Source: Calditrichia bacterium (lineage in GTDB: Bacteria > Calditrichota > Calditrichia > JAJRVZ01). Taken from it: 64,000 nt of DNA. The position numbers and the translations under genes were made by a program. Positions within the stretch are counted from its first letter, which is position 1; each line of letters starts with the position of its first letter. Under the pieces are notes generated by a model. The model saw only the letters and a program-made list of their open reading frames with translations, made no database searches and was not told where the DNA came from. The stretch covers positions 128,001 through 192,000 of the forward strand of contig CAVZSQ010000013.1 of assembly GCA_963777955.1 (NCBI GenBank), written 5' to 3'. Of this stretch, positions 59,832 through 64,000 are shown in pieces.

Positions 59832-61485
59832 TTACCTTTCCAGCATTGGTATTTTAACTTTATGCTCAGCAGCACAATTTTGTGCTTCGTCATAACCTGC
59901 ATCCACATGGCGGAATATTCCCATCAACGGATCATTGTATAAAACCCGATCCAGGCGTTGATCCATCTCCGGCGAACCATCGGCGACAATAACCTGCCCG
60001 GCATGCTGCGAATAACCGATCCCCACTCCACCTCCATGATGAAACGACACCCAGGACGCACCCGAGGCCACATTCAACAGGCCATTCAATACCGGCCAGT
60101 CACTGATCGCATCGCTGCCGTCCTTCATCCCTTCCGTCTCCCGGTTGGGAGAGGCTACGCTGCCGGTATCCAGATGATCACGGCCTATGACCACCGGGGC
60201 TTTAAGTTCTCCGTTGCGCACCAGTTCATTCAATGCTTTGCCGAACTTGTTGCGTTCACCAAGGCCCAGCCAGCAGATCCGCGCCGGCAATCCCTGGAAA
60301 GCCACCTTTTCCCGGGCCAGGGTAATCCAGCGCCGCAGCGCCCGGTTATCCGGGAAAAGTTCCAGTACCAGTTCATCACTGCGATAAATATCCTCCGGCA
60401 ATCCGGAAAGGGCTACCCAGCGAAAGGGACCTTTACCTTCACAAAATAAGGGCCGTATATAAGCCTGGTACAAAACCAGGATAAGTAAAAGCATCTTTTA
60501 CTCCGGCCTTCATAGCCTGAGCCCTGAGATTATTTCCATAATCAAAAGCGATCGCTCCCCGTTTTTTCATATCCAGAATAGCCTGGCAGTGCCGGGCCAT
60601 CGATTGATAAGACAACTTTATATATTTTTGCGGATTGGACTTGCGTAAATCCAGGGCCTCCCGGTAAGGAAGATCATGCGGGATATAGCCGCTTAATTCG
60701 TCATGCGCGGAGGTCTGGTCGGTAATGATATCAGGAATGATGCCGCGTTTGACCATTTCGGGAAGCACCTGTGCCGCATTGCCCAGTAATCCGACCGAAA
60801 GCGGTTTTTTATCGGTAATCGCTTTCTGACAGGTCTTGATAGCAAAATCAAGATTATCAACCCACTGATCAAGATATTTTGTCTGTAACCGGCGCATGAT
60901 GCGTTGCTGGTCCACTTCCACAATCAGGGCTACTCCACCGTTCATGGTAACAGCTAAAGGCTGAGCTCCGCCCATTCCACCTAAGCCGGCCGATACAACC
61001 AATTTTCCGGATAAATCATGAGCGGGATATTGCCGGGCAATTGCGGCAAAAGTTTCATAGGTGCCCTGCAATATGCCCTGTGAACCTATATAGATCCAAC
61101 TGCCCGCGGTCATCTGACCGTACATGATCAGACCTTTCTGATCGAGTTCTCTGAATTTTTCCCAGGTGGCCCAGGCCGGCACCAGATTGGAATTGGCGAT
61201 CAGGACACGGGGAGCATGGGTATAAGTACGGGCAACCCCCACGGGTTTTCCGGACTGCACCAGCAGGGTTTCATCATTTTCCAGATTCTTCAAAGCTTTC
61301 ACGATAGCATGGTAACATTCCCAGTTGCGGGCGGCTTTGCCCAGCCCGCCATAGACTATCAGCTCAGCAGGTTTTTCCGCCACCTCCGGATCCAGATTAT
61401 TCATCAGCATGCGCAGAGCCGCTTCCTGCTGCCAGCCTTTGCAGCTGATCCTGCTGCCCCGCGCTGCCCGCACTTCAGTTACCAT
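59832..61485 (-). CDS. hutU: Urocanate hydratase (one frameshift near 60460)
   Basis: [64 protein letters not shown]. Confidence 0.97.
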
Positions 61486-62620
61486 TTTTATCTCCACGGT
61501 AATCGAGCAACTGCAGATTATAAAAATAATTTTTATTGCCGGCTAAATAATTATAGGAGAACAGCGCAAATCCGCCAAAACCCGCCTGCCGTACCGCTTT
61601 CAATCTTTTCTGTACAGCGTCTTCATTCTGGTTATAAGTAGAAATACCCATAATAATTTTTTCCCGTTCGGGCGTATCCTGCAATTGATTCAGCACCTTT
61701 ACAAAATCTTTCCACTCGGTGCGATAGTTCATCAGGACAACGTTATCGCAATACTGGTTGCGAATCCAGTTTTGCCAGTCCTGGAAATAGCGGAACTTTG
61801 CTTCCACCGGATCCGGTTTGACGGCAACCGATAACTCCAGATTGTTTTTCTTTTCTTTCACAGTTCTATAAATCTCGCTTAAATAGTTGCTGAGTGACTG
61901 TTGTAAAAACCGGCGATACTCTTTGTCTGCATGCTGAAAAACTCCATAACCATAATAGTTGACAAACTTTTCAGGATCGCTGTACAATTTCTGCGGATCA
62001 AGAAAATGATCCAGACGGAAATTTGTGCGGCTATCTGCCGTAAATGAATATTCTACATCGGGATAACGAAAATAATCCAGATGGATACCATTTATTAGAT
62101 ATTTATCGGCAACTTCCATCAAAACATTTAACAAATACTTATTAATATCAATACTTTGCGGATCGAGAAAGTACCCCTCAATCCCTGCCTTCTTCAGATC
62201 GGCATACTCGGGCAGCTGCTCTTTGGCTAAAATATACCGGGGAAAACGATTGAATGAATGATTCTTTTCCGGGGGCGGTTGGGCTCCGGACCAGATATAA
62301 AACATGTTGATCCAGGCATGTACACGGATATTATAATTTTCACACATTTTGATGAGCAAATTGAGCGGATCGTAATCATTCGAGATGAAAGACGCCCGCG
62401 GTTCGATATCACTCAGATAATAACAGCGTCCCAGCGCCCGCACCTGGACATAGATATCGCTGATGTCCGCAGATGCAGCAGTGTTAACAATTTTTTGCAA
62501 TTCGGCAGGACTACCCAAAGCATCCCGGACAACCCAGATCGCCCGTTTTTCAGGTCTGGCCTCCTGGGCGAGAGCAAAAACAGATGTCAAAAAAAATAAC
62601 AAAAGTTTAAATGGGTGCAT
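61475..62620 (-). CDS. GHL10/DUF187 (YddW-like) glycoside hydrolase
   Basis: Signal peptide; [39 protein letters not shown]. Confidence 0.85.
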   Translation of the reverse strand: MHPFKLLLFFLTSVFALAQEARPEKRAIWVVRDALGSPAELQKIVNTAASADISDIYVQVRALGRCYYLSDIEPRASFISNDYDPLNLLIKMCENYNIRVHAWINMFYIWSGAQPPPEKNHSFNRFPRYILAKEQLPEYADLKKAGIEGYFLDPQSIDINKYLLNVLMEVADKYLINGIHLDYFRYPDVEYSFTADSRTNFRLDHFLDPQKLYSDPEKFVNYYGYGVFQHADKEYRRFLQQSLSNYLSEIYRTVKEKKNNLELSVAVKPDPVEAKFRYFQDWQNWIRNQYCDNVVLMNYRTEWKDFVKVLNQLQDTPEREKIIMGISTYNQNEDAVQKRLKAVRQAGFGGFALFSYNYLAGNKNYFYNLQLLDYRGDKNGN

Positions 62621-62729
62621 GCTGGTTATTTATTTAAAAAAATCTATAAAATTTATAAAAGTGTGACAAGATTTGCAAGGTTAAGATTTTTATAAGCTTA
62701 AGGAGGATATTTTTGAGAGATGTCTGGTG

Positions 62730-62856
62730 GAAAAAGGAAAAAGGGTAAAGGGAAAAGGAAAAAGAGGTGAAGAGGTTAAAGGGTAAAAAGGAATACAGAA
62801 AAAGACAATGAGGCACTGAGTAAGAGACAAAGAGACAGAGAGACATAGGGACAAAG
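62730..62856 (+). repeat. Purine-rich degenerate octamer tandem array
   Basis: AAAAGGAA/AAAGGGTA/GAGGTGAA/GAGGTTAA units, then GAGACAAA GAGACAGA GAGACATA GGGACAAA (62824-62855). Confidence 0.75.
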
Positions 62857-63008
62857 TAAAAAGATACTGGAGACCAGAGAAATAAATTACCAACTGTCAT
62901 CCCGGGCATGTCGAAGACCTGGCGCAAACAGGACCCAGGATCTGAATCATCTTCCACATTTCTGATACTTTAAAGGATGCTAATAGCCTATCTGGATAGT
63001 TTCTACTA

Positions 63009-63120
63009 GTAGCCGCGATCTTCAGATCGCGTTGATCAAGTAGTGATCATCCTGTTTTCGTGATCATGTACTGGTAGCCGCAACTCTTGAGTTGCGGTGT
63101 TGATGCCTTTGGCATCAACA
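63009..63120. repeat. Two GTAG-type REP palindromes plus an adjacent hairpin
   Basis: GTAGC-CGCGATC-TTCA-GATCGCG (63009-63031); GTAG-CCGCAACTC-TT-GAGTTGCGG (63074-63097); TGTTGATGCC-TTT-GGCATCAACA (63098-63120). Confidence 0.7.
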
Positions 63121-63151
63121 GATCATAGAAAACGACTTGCACTAAGTAATT

Positions 63152-63508
63152 TTATCTTCCGTGACCGACTTTTAATATTTTGCAGTCACTCTTTTGAATT
63201 TCAATATATGCTACTCCGCCTCTGTAATCAGATTTATATTCAGACGTCCCTTGCACTATCCAGATCTGACCATCTCTCAGCTCCGCTTTAAAAGGTTTTT
63301 CATCATTTACATTAATCATAGTTCCATAGAGTGGCTGCCAAATAGCTTCAGCTATTTTGATTGCAGTAATTTCATCGGGGACAAATCCATTAGGCGGAAT
63401 GGATGTATATTCTTCCGCTTTATTTTTTCCAAAAAATTGATAGCTGGCAAAAGTTAATATTATTAAGAGTATAATTAGTGTCAAGGACCAAACATTTTTA
63501 ACTCTCAT
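63152..63508 (-). CDS. NTF2-fold immunity protein (YbbC/YhhH-like) with an N-terminal hydrophobic anchor
   Basis: GFVPDE.TAIKIAEAIW.P.YG; EKPF.A.L....W.V.GT; GGVAYIEI.K.D.KIL...HG. Confidence 0.75.
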   Translation of the reverse strand: MRVKNVWSLTLIILLIILTFASYQFFGKNKAEEYTSIPPNGFVPDEITAIKIAEAIWQPLYGTMINVNDEKPFKAELRDGQIWIVQGTSEYKSDYRGGVAYIEIQKSDCKILKVGHGR

Positions 63509-63637
63509 AGGTTATCCTCTGGTTAATGATCATTCTATATATATTCTGCTTTGGGATAAAAAGTGAATACAATTGAACAATTGCGGCTTTGGTGATAATA
63601 TAGCGCCGATAAAAGAAAGAGAAAAATAGTATTTATA

Positions 63638-64000
63638 TTATTGTATCAATTTATAAACAATTCCTCTGATGCCTTTTAACAAGAGGTCATCGATGGTACC
63701 CTGAATATCCTCAGTGGGCATAGATTTTATATTCCCGGTTTCTACATCAATCATTTTAAGCGATACTGAATAGTACTGGCCAATTTTACTTACATTCCCT
63801 CCGACAATGTATTTGACATTTAATAATTTACCCATCTGGGCCAGATTTTCGTCGGAAGTAACTCCTGTTTGCTGCAGACTTTGTTCGTTCAGCAGCAGGC
63901 CCATTTCTTCACGCTCCAGGACATTGAATTTATAAGTGTTGAATAATTCCGACCGGACCCGGGTTGTTAAGGCCAGGGATTCTTCCCTGGATAAACCCTG
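63638..64000 (-). CDS. CsgG/HfaB (TolB-N-like) domain protein, 5' end outside the window
   Basis: Open to the window edge; FNVLEREEM..LLNEQ; QMGKLLNVKYIVGGNVSKIG..YSVSLKMIDVETG. Confidence 0.7.
   Translation of the reverse strand, partial: QGLSREESLALTTRVRSELFNTYKFNVLEREEMGLLLNEQSLQQTGVTSDENLAQMGKLLNVKYIVGGNVSKIGQYYSVSLKMIDVETGNIKSMPTEDIQGTIDDLLLKGIRGIVYKLIQ

Noticed and set aside
62634..62957. 107-aa Phe/Leu/Ser-rich ORF
   Set aside because: It is the translation of the pyrimidine-rich strand of the octamer arrays and has no recognisable protein features
1..64000. CRISPR array, prophage, integrase or IS transposase
   Set aside because: I saw no regularly spaced identical repeats with unique spacers, and no cas, phage or transposase motifs

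Overview
Chromosomal window from a diderm bacterium, probably FCB group and Calditrichota/KSB1/Ignavibacteria-like. This placement is inferred from gene content and from strong Shine-Dalgarno sites, which Bacteroidota generally lack. Almost every gene is on the minus strand. Many genes, including essential priA and lptF, are broken by 1-bp shifts, which is best explained by uncorrected long-read assembly errors, so split ORFs are merged below. Left to right: (1) a housekeeping block ispE-tRNA-Gln-rplY-pth-rpsF-rpsR-rplI-priA, with an S6:S18 leader and no prs; (2) a type IX secretion (T9SS) run: sprA, an M28 glutaminyl-cyclase-like lipoprotein, prmA, ppx, a lipoprotein, a beta-propeller cargo protein and two porV-like genes; (3) divergent lptF-lptG; (4) two large T9SS cargo genes, one of ~5,200 aa built from seven large modules (five of ~760-790 aa) and one of ~1,630 aa with ten Ig-like repeats; (5) HAD hydrolase, glycosyltransferase, deoxynucleoside kinase, metalloenzyme and a beta-helix-TonB fusion; (6) a Pil-Chp-like chemosensory cluster (parA, PatA/PilG-like regulator, cheW, MCP, multi-Hpt cheA-REC) downstream of a GHL10-like gene and hutU; (7) a repeat-rich end region with an orphan NTF2-fold immunity gene. 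The most interesting candidate is a T9SS + glutaminyl cyclase + giant adhesin + TonB + chemosensory surface-adhesion or motility system outside Bacteroidota.
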